This document shows positions 1 to 12,680 of a DNA stretch of 63,962 nt, piece after piece (positions within the stretch are counted from its first letter, which is position 1; the number at the start of each line of letters is the position of its first letter). The notes beneath the pieces are model-generated. The model was not told where the DNA came from and searched no databases. It was given only the letters and a program-made list of their open reading frames with translations. Source of the stretch: Octopus bimaculoides (Eukaryota). Made by a program: the position numbers and the translations under genes. The DNA is taken from NCBI RefSeq assembly GCF_001194135.2, contig NC_068983.1:138443621-138507582 (forward strand), in the 5' to 3' direction.

Positions 1-240
1 TCTAGTGGAAATCCACAGGAGAGCAATAAAAATAGAAAATTAAGGAGTTATCTCCCCTATAATAACAAAGACGAAAGCTAACGAGATCCTAAAGACCTAA
101 TAATAGTTATGTATGTGTTTTTTCGTGTTTTGTTCGAAAGGTAACCACTCCTGAAGAAGTGCCAAATGTCTAAATCCAATGGACCAGTCACTGGATAAGT
201 TTGGCACAGAAATGTTAACATAGAGTGGTGAATAAATCGA
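1..240 (+). mobile_element. 3' end/pseudo-LTR of a Penelope-like element
   Basis: A hammerhead followed by AATAAA is the known layout of PLE pseudo-LTRs. No clear coding homology is visible in this short piece. Confidence 0.5.
144..229 (+). ncRNA. Type I hammerhead ribozyme (Penelope pLTR-type)
   Basis: Stem I ACCACTC(144-150)/GAGTGGT(223-229); core CTGAAGA(151-157); stem II GTGCCAAA(159-166)/TTTGGCAC(200-207); GAAA(209-212); palindromic stem III ATGTTAACAT; AUA cleavage triplet (220-222); AATAAA immediately downstream (231-236). An A.A mismatch sits at the base of stem II. Confidence 0.8.
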
Positions 241-304
241 TATATCGAATTTGAAGTCTCTGTCTCTTTTGAATATGAAAATTTGAAAGTTTAAAAACCT
301 TATA

Positions 305-346
<42 letters not shown>

Positions 347-379
347 CTTCAAATCTCAGTGTTTGGATATTTCATTTAA

Positions 380-418
<39 letters not shown>

Positions 419-429
419 AACTTGGAGAA

Positions 430-1614
430 ACTTAGACATGTTTCGACCAAAGATTGGTCCAGGCCACTTAATAGCACCACTTGATAGGATTATCTAAATC
501 CTTTTTACAGTCACGTTTTGTTTATGGTCCATTCAAGTAATGAGTTCTTATTGAGTGAGTTGTATCCAGGTATGGGTGGCTTGTCTAGTATTCTTTGAAG
601 AAATTTGTCTAGACTCCGTTTAATGCTGATAGGATCCTTTTCCTCTTTTATCTATTTCGGGACAATGTTAAACAGGGCAGGGCCTGTTGAGGAAAAGAAA
701 TTATGCCGCAGTGTACCTATATGTTGTGATCCTGAATTGGGCAGGGGACGCATGTCCCGTGGTCCCAGCCTTGGATGAACCTTGAAACTAATGTTCAGGT
801 CGTTTGGGCAATGCTGGTGGTATATTTTCCACATCGTACAGATGATGTACCGCTCGCGGCGGCGCTGGAGAGAGTAGAGCTTCAAAGCTTTAAGGCGGTC
901 CCAGTAATCAAGATCAGTCATGCCTTCAATTCGTTTAGTGAATGACTTCTGGGGTGATTCAATCCTCGAGATGTTTTGTTTTGTATAAGAAGACCACAAG
1001 GGGCAGCAGTATCCGAGGTGTGGCCGCACAAACGAGGAGAAAAGTGGAATGATGACACCTTGTTCTCTGGACCAGAAGGTTCTTAAGATCCAGGAGCTCA
1101 TCCTACAAGCTATATTGACCTTATTGTTGATGTGGACACTCCAATTGAGATTGTTGTCAACAATTACACCCAAATCTATGATATTATTGGGTGCCGTGAG
1201 CGATTCCCCTGAAGGAAAAGAGTATGGCTGTTTTAGTATAGACTTTCTTCCAAAATACATCAGCTCAAATTTTCCCTCGTTCAGTTTCATTTTGTTTTTA
1301 TCTGTCCATTGACTCACAGCATATAGGTCAGACTGGAGTTAAGTTTGGTCTTTGTCTTCATTGATGATTTCCTGGAGCTTAGTGTCATCCGCAAATATTT
1401 TCACTTTGCAGTGATTTACTACGTTGGAAAGGTCATTTATGTAAATTATAAAGAGGAACGGGTCCAAGACAGTCCCCTGAGGTACACCACTGGTGATTTT
1501 TGCTGGGCTTGTGTGGATTCCATCGACCAAAACTTCTTGTGTTCTAATCTCCAGGAAATACTTAATATATGTATAGTTTTTGGCGAGTATGTGGGTGAGC
1601 ATGTGTGTGTTTAA
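430..1614 (-). mobile_element. 5'-truncated CR1/L2-group non-LTR retrotransposon, RT C-terminal half
   Basis: ORFs 1339-1602 (SGVPQGTVLDPFLFIIYINDL..KIFADDTKL) and 652-1317 (DLGVIVDNNLNWSVHI, YCCPLWS, LKLYSLQRRRERY) carry RT and thumb motifs; frameshifted between the two. Confidence 0.9.
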
Positions 1615-1799
1615 AGCGAGGGTGGTTTAGTATATAAATATAGGCGAATGTACGGATTGGTGCGCTTCCGCGAACCTATAGACGTCTCTACTCCCTTACT
1701 TTTACCCCCTCTCCTTACTTAGTGGCCTATTAGCTCTTTTGTCTTAATGACGGTCAACCACACAGTAATTTCCCTTTGTTTAACGGTCATTTTTCACAG

Positions 1800-1855
1800 G
1801 AGTTTTCAATGGCCGGAAAACTGAAGAGATGTCGGAGTTTTATCATGGCTACCGA
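1800..1855 (+). CDS. Candidate internal exon (56 nt) of an unidentified gene
   Basis: Acceptor catttttcacag|G and donor CGA|gtaagt; two frames open (xVFNGRKTEEMSEFYHGYR or EFSMAGKLKRCRSFIMAT). Confidence 0.4.
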
Positions 1856-1981
1856 GTAAGTGTCACATATTTTTACAGAGTCAGTGGCGTAAAATTTTGA
1901 TGTTTATTCCCTAAGGATTAATACATTACACTCTATATTCAGCATCGAATACATAGTTTTGTTACTTTCTTGGTTATGCAG

Positions 1982-2044
1982 GATTTTGTGCTCAAGTGTT
2001 TCAAGAAGAGCTCACGCATCATACACACTTACAAGCATACATAA
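1982..2044 (+). CDS. Candidate next exon after a 126-nt intron
   Basis: Acceptor ttactttcttggttatgcag|G; phase-0 reading DFVLKCFKKSSRIIHTYKHT* with TAA at 2042-2044. Confidence 0.3.
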   Translation, partial: DFVLKCFKKSSRIIHTYKHT

Positions 2045-2367
2045 AGTATACTTATATAGCATTGTATCGTCCCATGCATCATGAATGAAAATGGATAGAT
2101 GAAAACCGTCAATGAGATTGTGTTTGTAATTCTAATGTACAGTCGTGGCATATACAGTCAAGCTCGTTCCGTCAGAATATTACGTTAATGGTGCGCATGA
2201 CTTTGGAATGAGTAGGTAATTTGGTTGACTGAAAACGAACGAGATCTTCACATGAGCGAATGACAATGTTTGTGTGATCACATGCATAGGGTCATTCTTT
2301 ATGTGAAAAAGTCTAAATTTCTGTATTTTGAGAAACCTGTTTGTACACATATATGTATGTATGTATG

Positions 2368-2401
<34 letters not shown>

Positions 2402-2419
2402 TACCAGCAGTTATTCACA

Positions 2420-2820
2420 GGTATTTAAAAACAAGGGATACTGGTGGAACACTCCAATAAAAACATAAAATCGGTACGAATATAACAGACCTGATATTGT
2501 TCTCCGGGATAGGGTAAAAAGTCATACACTGTTCAAGTGGTCATCTGACCTGCGGATGTATATGCAGAATAAAAAAACTAGTAAATTGAGAAAATTTATG
2601 TTGAATGAATGCATTGTTGTTGTACCCTAATTATGATTTCTCATTTGTACTCATCCTCATTGATACATTAGGTTAAGTGACAACAAATTAGCACAAAAGC
2701 CTTGAAATATTCGGCTCCACAGAAAAAGAGCAAAAGAAAATGACGCGGATTCTCCAAATCCAATGTATTTGTGGCACAATGAAAATTTGTAAAACTTTCT
2801 GAACATCTGAGGCATTCTAG
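2420..2820 (+). mobile_element. Degenerate R4/Dong-like LINE 3' fragment (restriction-like endonuclease region)
   Basis: Broken translation WNTPIKT..NRPDIVLRD and LQIQCICGTMKICKTF resembles the RLE/C-terminus of R4-clade elements. Confidence 0.6.
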
Positions 2821-2855
2821 TTTACTACATGCACTATTTACAAATAGCGAGAGCC

Positions 2856-3940
<1,085 letters not shown>

Positions 3941-5425
3941 AAAGGTAATAAATGGTGCATGTTTTCTTAAGAAGCAGGAATCGATTTCTTTGTTTGAGAT
4001 CAAAGAATGTTTAACTGTCACTAACAATAGTAGGGTCGGAAACAAATTAATTACGAAACCTATAAAATTCATAGCTACTCTAAATAAAATGATACCCAAA
4101 ATCCCAAACGTGCTTTAAGTGTACTTGAAAGATATCTTGTAAAGAAATGCAGAAGCAGTCGTCTCATCAAGCGTCCTGTATTGTGAATTCGAATTCATCG
4201 CATTGGTGCATAATGTGTCTGGGACAAAGCAACATAATTTCCATCTCGTTGTCTTAATATATTTACCAAGAAGTTTTCCTTCTATCGCGTTTGTTTAAAT
4301 CCTGCGAAGATTTTCCAATCTTTGAGAGTTACAAGATCAATTATGTATTACATTCTTGCACTGAAAAATATCTTGCATAGCCTTCATTCACTGATGAAAT
4401 ACTTAATGATTATATATTCATGTAGATAAATACATTCACTTGTACGCACGTGTATTTCTGCGTATAAAAGGTATAAGCCTCTGTGTGTGGGTGGGAAACG
4501 AATATATGAAACAAAAGAACTGAACTAATGTTAGCATTTTTTAAAAATTTTCCTCCCTATTACAAATTCTAAAAAATTACATTATGTACACACAGGTATA
4601 ATAATAGATACTCATATACTATATATATATATATATNNNNNNNNNNNNNNNNNNNNNNNNNNNNNNNNNNNNNNNNNNNNNNNNNNNNNNNNNNNNNNNN
4701 NNNNNNNNNNNNNNNNNNNNNNNNNNNNNNNNNNNNNNNNNNNNNNNNNNNNNNNNNNNNNNNNNNNNNNNNNNNNNNNNNNNNNNNNNNNNNNNNNNNN
4801 NNNNNNNNNNNNNNNNNNNNNNNNNNNNNNNNNNNNNNNNNNNNNNNNNNNNNNNNNNNNNNNNNNNNNNNNNNNNNNNNNNNNNNNNNNNNNNNNNNNN
4901 NNNNNNNNNNNNNNNNNNNNNNNNNNNNNNNNNNNNNNNNNNNNNNNNNNNNNNNNNNNNNNNNNNNNNNNNNNNNNNNNNNNNNNNNNNNNNNNNNNNN
5001 NNNNNNNNNNNNNNNNNNNNNNNNNNNNNNNNNNNNNNNNNNNNNNNNNNNNNNNNNNNNNNNNNNNNNNNNNNNNNNNNNNNNNNNNNNNNNNNNNNNN
5101 NNNNNNNNNNNNNNNNNNNNNNNNNNNNNNNNNNNNNNNNNNNNNNNNNNNNNNNNNNNNNNNNNNNNNNNNNNNNNNNNNNNNNNNNNNNNNNNNNNNN
5201 NNNNNNNNNNNNNNNNNNNNNNNNNNNNNNNNNNNNNNNNNNNNNNNNNNNNNNNNNNNNNNNNNNNNNNNNNNNNNNNNNNNNNNNNNNNNNNNNNNNN
5301 NNNNNNNNNNNNNNNNNNNNNNNNNNNNNNNNNNNNNNNNNNNNNNNNNNNNNNNNNNNNNNNNNNNNNNNNNNNNNNNNNNNNNNNNNNNNNNNNNNNN
5401 NNNNNNNNNNNNNNNNNNNNNNNNN

Positions 5426-5468
<43 letters not shown>

Positions 5469-5589
5469 CATATATGTATATATATATATATGTATATATA
5501 TACATATACATATATACATACAGACTTGCATATTGTTTTTTAAACAAACGTGCGTTTTGTGTTAAATGGGGAAGTGGTGATGAGTGACA

Positions 5590-5803
5590 ATTCTGTAAAT
5601 AATAATAATGATATTTATAAGCTTAAAGCTTATAAGCGATTACTGTGAATTGACTAAAGAAAATAGTCTAATATTGCGACATATAAGCCCACTACGTAAA
5701 AATGTGTTTCTTTCTTTTCGTAAAACTCACTTCTTTCTTCAGTCAATACACAGTGATCGCTTATAAGCTTTAAACTTACAAATATTATTATTATTTACAG
5801 AAT
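5590..5803. mobile_element. MITE-like element with ~70 bp imperfect terminal inverted repeats
   Basis: attctgtaaataataataat..taagcttaaagcttataagcgattactgtgaattgact at the left end mirrors agtcaatacacagtgatcgcttataagctttaaacttac..attattattatttacagaat at the right end. Confidence 0.7.
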
Positions 5804-5999
5804 ACATGCATATATATATATTTTAAGATTGTATTTCAGAAAAAAATAAAATGGTATACACATCGTAAGAGCGGATGACTTTACTTCCATTTATTATTAT
5901 TTTTTTTATTTAACTCATTACAAATATGGAAGGGAACCTGCCAAAGCTTTTATTGTTGAAACTTAATCTTATAATACTACAGGAGGAACGAAAACGCAG

Positions 6000-6800
6000 T
6001 TGAAGTGCACACGTAGTTTAGGTGGCGCTTTTAAGCTGATCAACTGGTGCTACTTATTATCACTCGAATTAGAAATTAGTTTAAATCAGATGGAACTATT
6101 CAAAATGATCTCAAGAAACGTTCCAGAATGGGCGAAAGTGCACTAGAAACATTTCTAGATATCAAGAAAATTTGTGCAGCAAGCGACCCTTGTGATATGA
6201 ATTTCATAATTAAATGTTCGCTGCATTTTAAAATGTCATTGTAAACGTTACATGTTCTTGATGCAAATAATTCGAGCCCCAAAGTTGTGTTTTGTCTGTG
6301 GTGCTTGGCATCATATGCAGAAGGTACACTCTTTTCAACAAAGCTTGTTTAGATTAATAAAGTGACATTTAAATGAAATGGATTTATTAAAATCCACAAT
6401 TCAATCTGTTGGGGAGCTGGGAACCGCATATCACAGACGAATAAAATGTTGATTTACCATCAAAAGGATTAATAGGAACATGCTTTTGAGGGTACTCTGA
6501 CTGATCCCATTTACTTGAATTTGCTGCGCCAATCTCTCATAACAAGCATTCAAAGGGACTTTGAAGATATGAATTTTTTCCCAGCGAGGTACGGAAACCC
6601 CGCCCTATCATGCAAATGAAAGTGCCTACCTTGATGAGATTTTGCCAGATAGGTATATTGCACGAAAAGGTTCAATTGAATACACTTTGAGACTCATATC
6701 GCCAAACCTTTCTTTCTAACGGTGCTTAAAAGACAAATTTTACGGTTTACTGATGCTGTGCAATTAAACGCTGGTTCCATCTTTTATGGATCAATATATC
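6000..6800 (+). mobile_element. Degenerate Tc1/mariner-superfamily transposase remnant
   Basis: Broken translation FEGTLTDPIYLNLL..PPYHANESAYLDEILPDRYIARKGSIEY resembles the FEGTVT..QDGAPPH..LNETFPNRWIGR region of Tc3/maT-like transposases. Confidence 0.7.
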
Positions 6801-6959
6801 TTGTATTCGAGTGCGTGAGTACATTTGCGTACCGTTTAAGCGCGTGATTCATTGGCTTCTCGCCTTGTGTGGATTGTGATAGGCGTCTTTATGGAGAATT
6901 TGTGTATATTTATATAGCGTCTATATTTTATATTAGAATGTTTGATGACTGAAAGTGAG

Positions 6960-7620
6960 TTACTTTTCCTGTTGGAAACTAGTTTGATGATATACTAATT
7001 AGAGCTACACCGAATACATAGAGATGCCGACTGGAGTGTCCGGTGAGCCATAATGACGTACAGCTGGCAGTATAGCAGTTAGAAAATCTTTCTGTGTAAA
7101 TAGATGTAGCGGGTGAAATATAAGAAGTAATATTAATGTAGGTGCAGGTGAAGGACTTGGTCCTATGGAAAGGTCATTTTTAGGCCGAGGCGAAGGCGAA
7201 GGATGCTGCTGGAATGAGAATCGAGATAGTGGCCTGGAAAGGAATGGAAGTTGGGTACATAGGGTAGGGAAGGATTTACGTAGATTATAGGCTGGCCTAA
7301 ACGAGAAGAGCAGTAGGTTGGAGAAAGATGTGAGGAGTAGTGTAGTGGGAATGGAGTATTCAGAATACAATGGAGAGTTAGTATGGGCGGAAGGTGGAAG
7401 GAAGGAGACGAGATGTAGCATAATTAGAATTTGGTCTATTGTAGGTTGCTCTTTCTACTTCGGTTGAAATATTTCAGCAAGTATTTTATTTAAACACGGT
7501 TGATGCTGTGGGACTGAGACTAAGCGGGGGTACAAGCAGGAGAGTGAAGTTTGTAAAGAACGGAGGAGATAAAAAGGATGGGGATTGAGCTATGGTTACA
7601 AATGTTGAGAAAGTTAAGAG
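6960..7620 (-). mobile_element. Degenerate Penelope-like (Neptune-type) linker/GIY-YIG remnant
   Basis: Minus-strand motifs FSFRPAYNLR, KSFTCTYINI and GHSSRHLYVFG resemble PLE linker and GIY-YIG segments. Confidence 0.55.
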
Positions 7621-8101
7621 TAATGTCCGAAATAGAATATGCACCTGATGATAAATGATATCGGACATGCATAAAATATTTGCAATATTATATAATATGC
7701 ACCCACTGCCCATTTTGAAACAACTGTAATGTTTGAATACTTCTCCCATTCCTTTCATTTACAGACGTGATTGTCGCCTAAAAAGCAACATTGTTGACAT
7801 TCTAACTGGAATCGTATACTATCTGCTATCTCAGTACTTTCTGTCTAATTTCGATATAAGAGGAAGTGTATTTGATGCTTTGGTTAATAATCTTTATTAA
7901 TCTTATTATCGATTCAGTCGTATTTTCTATATAAGACTTGTTTATGCGAGATGCTGACAGTTTTTACCATGATCGATTTATGGATCATACTATATTATGA
8001 TTATGTACGTCTATATGTGTGTGCGCGCGTGTGTGTGTTTGTCTACGCGTAGGCTTATATATGAATGCCTTTATGTATACACAACTATAAACAGATTTAT
8101 A

Positions 8102-8145
<44 letters not shown>

Positions 8146-8146
8146 T

Positions 8147-8189
<43 letters not shown>

Positions 8190-9600
8190 NNNNNNNNNNN
8201 NNNNNNNNNNNNNNNNNNNNNNNNNNNNNNNNNNNNNNNNNNNNNNNNNNNNNNNNNNNNNNNNNNNNNNNNNNNNNNNNNNNNNNNNNNNNNCATAGGG
8301 ATGTTGTGTAAGCGTTTTATGTTACACACAGGGAATACAAACAAATATAATATCACATAATTACAAGATTATTCATACTTAAGAAAATTTGACATTTCTC
8401 AAATACCATCCGTTCAAAATTCACGACAAACTCAATAACAACATCTCAATTCACGTAGTTCGTAGTATCTAATTTACCTCCACTCTCAAAATAAAAATTA
8501 AAAGCCACTACTAAACTAATGTTAGAAACAATGCACAAAATGTGAACTTTAAATTCCCAACAAAGACATTCACTTGAAAAGACCAGGAATTCTTAGAAAA
8601 CACTTTTCATTATTTGGATTCGCACGACAAGGTATCAAGAAAAAAATATTAAAAAATCATATTGCTTCCAAATCGTGTTCTTTCAAAATTCCCCTGTACT
8701 TTTAATGTATACTTGAAAAATTATTGCAATTTCCCGAGGTCATTCTTGTGAGGTTGTAAGGGATGTGTTAATTCTCAGCATAACATGTTCAGCTCTAATG
8801 CCGATGCATTGTATGTTCATATTTGTAAACTTCGAAAATCATAACAACATTCATCTGAAATTGTTGATCTAGAAAAATCCATGTAGAATCTTAAAGTAAA
8901 GAGCGAGAAAGGTGCGCATGCGTATTTGTGTATGGATATATGTATGAATACGGATATAGTGTAAAGTTGCACATTTAACAACATAAGAAAAAACTGTAAT
9001 GAATTTATAACTTCTAACTCACAGATTCTCCTTTTGTACAAAGGCCCAAATAATGATATTTATAAACAGAGGTGTATATAACTGTGTATTCGCGAGAGTG
9101 TACTCATCTGCATGATTCAATAAGCATCGCGTATTTCATTAGCCACTATTCTACTGAACGTATTCATTCTAAGCATGCCCTACAACCAAAGTCACCTTTT
9201 ACATTCTCAAATATTCAAAGATTTACTACAATTTTAATGACAGAATCAGGATCGTAGAAAAGAAATTCCGAGATAAACATATTAGGTGACGCCATTTAAA
9301 CTTTGTTGCTTTGTCTCTGACACATAATACATCCATAAGCAGAATTGGAATATACAAAGTACGCTTGATGAACTGATCGTTTCTGAATTCCTTTAAAGAA
9401 GCCTTTATGTGGATTTCATTTGCGTTTGGGATTTTGAGTTTGATCGAATTTACTATTGCCATAAATTGTACAAACTTTGTAATTAATTTGTCTGCAATGC
9501 AACTTTGCTTATCACAAGTTTAAATTTCTTTTGATCTTTAAGAAATAGAAAGACTTTGCGTCTAAAGAAACCATGCACTATTTATGAGTCGGATAAATCA

Positions 9601-9668
<68 letters not shown>

Positions 9669-10739
9669 NNNNNNNNNNNNNNNNNNNNNNNNNNNNNNNN
9701 NNNNNNNNNNNNNNNNNNNNNNNNNNNNNNNNNNNNNNNNNNNNNNNNNNNNNNNNNNNNNNNNNNNNNNNNNNNNNNNNNNNNNNNNNNNNNNNNNNNN
9801 NNNNNNNTATATATATACATGTATGCGTGTCTGTGTGTGTGCACGCACACACACATATGCATGCATAGGTGTGTGTGTGAATACGTTTTCTTATTGATAT
9901 TTGTGTTTAGACAGTTGAGTCTATTTCTTCATCCAATGTACATACAAATTACGTTTCGTAGAAAGTCAAAGAATTCTAGCGAAAGTATTGTAAAGAACCA
10001 ATATTTTATTCAACCGTTAACTTCAGTTTTAACATCCCATACATAGGAAGCCATGATACTTCTCCCATGCTTATGATAAAATCACATGCGTACAAGCACC
10101 GAGGTAATCATATATACCTATTGTAATATAGAATGCATATCTAAGTGTACTTAAAGTGGCATAAATATCACCTATATCTTTATACGACTCGATATATTTC
10201 GTGGTACGGAAATGTAATTTCAAGCAAACAGTCTGACGTCATAACACCACTAATTTACAGGTCAATATATTAGATGTCCTTCAATTAAACAATCAGCATA
10301 ACATTAATGACCAGACGTAAATGTGGACACGCCCTGTGTACACATATCCTCTCTGCGGTAGCCTATGGACACCAAAGTCTTTAATGAGCTGTATATTCGG
10401 TATTGCATGCTTTATGAATTTCGTAAATTGAACAATGCAACATGTGCAACGGGAAACGTATGTAGGGTATGTATATCCTAGTGGTGTGAGTGTTCAGAAA
10501 TGTCACAGTCGGTTTAACAGATTGAAAAACATTGATTTTGTTCTTGTGAATGGGTATCAGCCACAGGACCAATTGTTCTCAATAATGACGTAGTGAAAAT
10601 ATACATCTGCAGGTCTCGAACCCATATCCCAGAGGCTTAATAAACTTTAATCCAAGCTCAAGCTAACTGGGAAAGTGCATAGAGTAGGGAGGCGATTACC
10701 ACATGTACTGGCTCCCGAGAAAAAAGCATTGCAGTTAAC

Positions 10740-11320
10740 AATATTCTAACCAGAAATGGCCAATTCCCTTTTCCTAATCGAAATGTCACGTGTGGTGGGA
10801 AATGGATAATCTATGCTAAAAATAACTATAAGTATTGGCTGTCAGCGAATGAAAATTCAGTTTCGATACCCAACTAGACCTAGGGGAATATAAGGGATAT
10901 CATCCACATCGAATTATTGGAACAAAGGAAAAGCTGCACCTCAGAACTTACTGTTAACAACTTCAACCTGTCACCCAAGCTTTTCTCAAAACGCAAACAA
11001 GTTTAGTCAAAAGAACGTGAGTCATCCTGCAACATGATAATGCAAGACGGCATTTAGTGAAGATAAGATAACCCAAGAAATGATAAATGCATCAGGATGT
11101 GAATCTCTATCTCATTCTCCCCACTCAACAGACCGAACCCCTTCTCATTTTCTCTTTTTTCTGATCACTAGAGCATTTTATCAGTGGAAAAATATTCAAC
11201 AGCGGAAACGATGTTGAAACTTCATTCCAAATATTTTTCTCTTCTAAAGAACCTAATTTCTTTCCTTTTTTTTTTTGCCTGAGGTATTAGAAAAATGGTT
11301 TGGAGACGAGAAAATAATAT
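10740..11320 (+). mobile_element. Mariner transposase remnant
   Basis: RNVTCGGKWI (cf. RIVTCDEKW), HDNARRH (cf. HDNARPH), HSPHSTDRTPS (cf. HPPYSPDLAPSD), SLEHFISGKIF; multiple stops and frameshifts. Confidence 0.8.
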
Positions 11321-11539
11321 TACTGAGCATGATGATCAGATTTTGAATGAATAAATACATTCACGATATGTTTTTGCTGATTTGAACTCATTTCATGAAA
11401 TGCTACATTATTATACCTCTAATATCTATATGTGTATATATGTATGTACATATAGTTGACTGTGTCTGTGTCTGTGTCTGTGTCTCTCTGTCTGTCTGTC
11501 TCTCTCTATATGTGTGTGTGTGTGTGCGCGCGCATCGCA

Positions 11540-11577
<38 letters not shown>

Positions 11578-11589
11578 NNNNNNNNNNCA

Positions 11590-11635
<46 letters not shown>

Positions 11636-12100
11636 TAAATAATTATTAGTGCGATTTAAATTTAAATAGAACTAGAAATATCCAGTGTTGAGATTTCCAT
11701 GTGTTTCTTGTATATCCAAATGGAAACGGTGAAATTAACTCATACTAAAGACCGAGTTCTATTTCATTCACAGGTCACAGAAATCATCTAGAAATCAAAG
11801 GGGAGCACGAGAATTTGTTCGTAAAATCTAATTAACTAAATGTTGTATGAACAAACTCACCTGTTTTATTTTATTCTTTCCCTCCCGCTCTCCCGCTCTC
11901 CCGCTCTCCGTCTCTTTCTCTCTCACTCTCTCTCTCTTTATGTGTGTTTATGTGTGTGTGCGGCTGTATATGTGCGTATATGTATGAATGTATATACATT
12001 CTATCTCCTCTTACACCCCTATTCAGTTATATCGTCTTTGCATAGAAAAATCAACTTAGTAGCTGACTAAGCAAAATCCTGATTACCTCTGTCTTTTTAG

Positions 12101-12168
12101 CACCGTCTTTTCTATTCGACTCTGTTTGAAGTTTTAAAATTAAGGATCTTCACTTTTGGTATATTGAT
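12101..12168 (+). CDS. Candidate 68-nt exon
   Basis: Branch-like ctgac/ctgat, acceptor ctctgtctttttag| and donor GAT|gtaagt; only frame 0 is open (HRLFYSTLFEVLKLRIFTFGIL). Confidence 0.35.
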
Positions 12169-12257
12169 GTAAGTTTTTACGCTGAATCTGATGTTATGCA
12201 CTTGTTTCTGAAAAGTTTTAGGAAAATGTTACAGAGGTTTAAAGTGATTATATTTAC

Positions 12258-12680
12258 CCAATCAGAAAGCAGATTTGGAAGCTGGCACTTTCTGCGTGAT
12301 AGCCGTCCATGACAACATGACAACATTAGACAAAGCATTACAAAAAGGAGAACAGCAACAGTTTTAATAAGTTTTCATGAATAAAGTCATGTGAAGTGTT
12401 GAAACTGGTATGTAAACAATATGAAGAGGAAAACTCCGCAATGACTTTTTTGTTTTGGTTTTTGCGAGGTATGTAAGCAATATGAAAAAGTAAAATCCTC
12501 AATGAGGGTAATAAAATGGCAGACGGGTAACGAATATTGGTTGGAAAGCAGGCTACACCTTGCCTTGTTATTATGGAAACAGGTACCAATATGTGGCTTT
12601 CGATTGCCTAAAGCAAACTATCACTTGACTTGTTACTACGGAAACATGCACCAATATGTCTGTGGCTTTCGATTGGCTAC
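12258..12680. promoter_or_regulatory. Candidate RFX X-box / NF-Y CCAAT regulatory module
   Basis: GTTATTATGGAAAC (12567-12580) and GTTACTACGGAAAC (12632-12645), each followed by CCAAT (12586, 12651); CCAATCAG at 12258; GATTGG at 12671; CATGACAAC half-sites at 12308-12324; YY1-like AAAATGGC at 12513. Confidence 0.45.

Noticed and set aside
7623-7668. Hairpin ATGTCCGA..TCGGACAT enclosing GAAA and CTGATGA (type II hammerhead-like order)
   Set aside because: CTGATGA is not adjacent to the stem II strand, and stems I and III cannot be formed.
10234-10241. Perfect CRE palindrome TGACGTCA
   Set aside because: A single 8-mer is expected by chance in 64 kb, and there is no supporting context.
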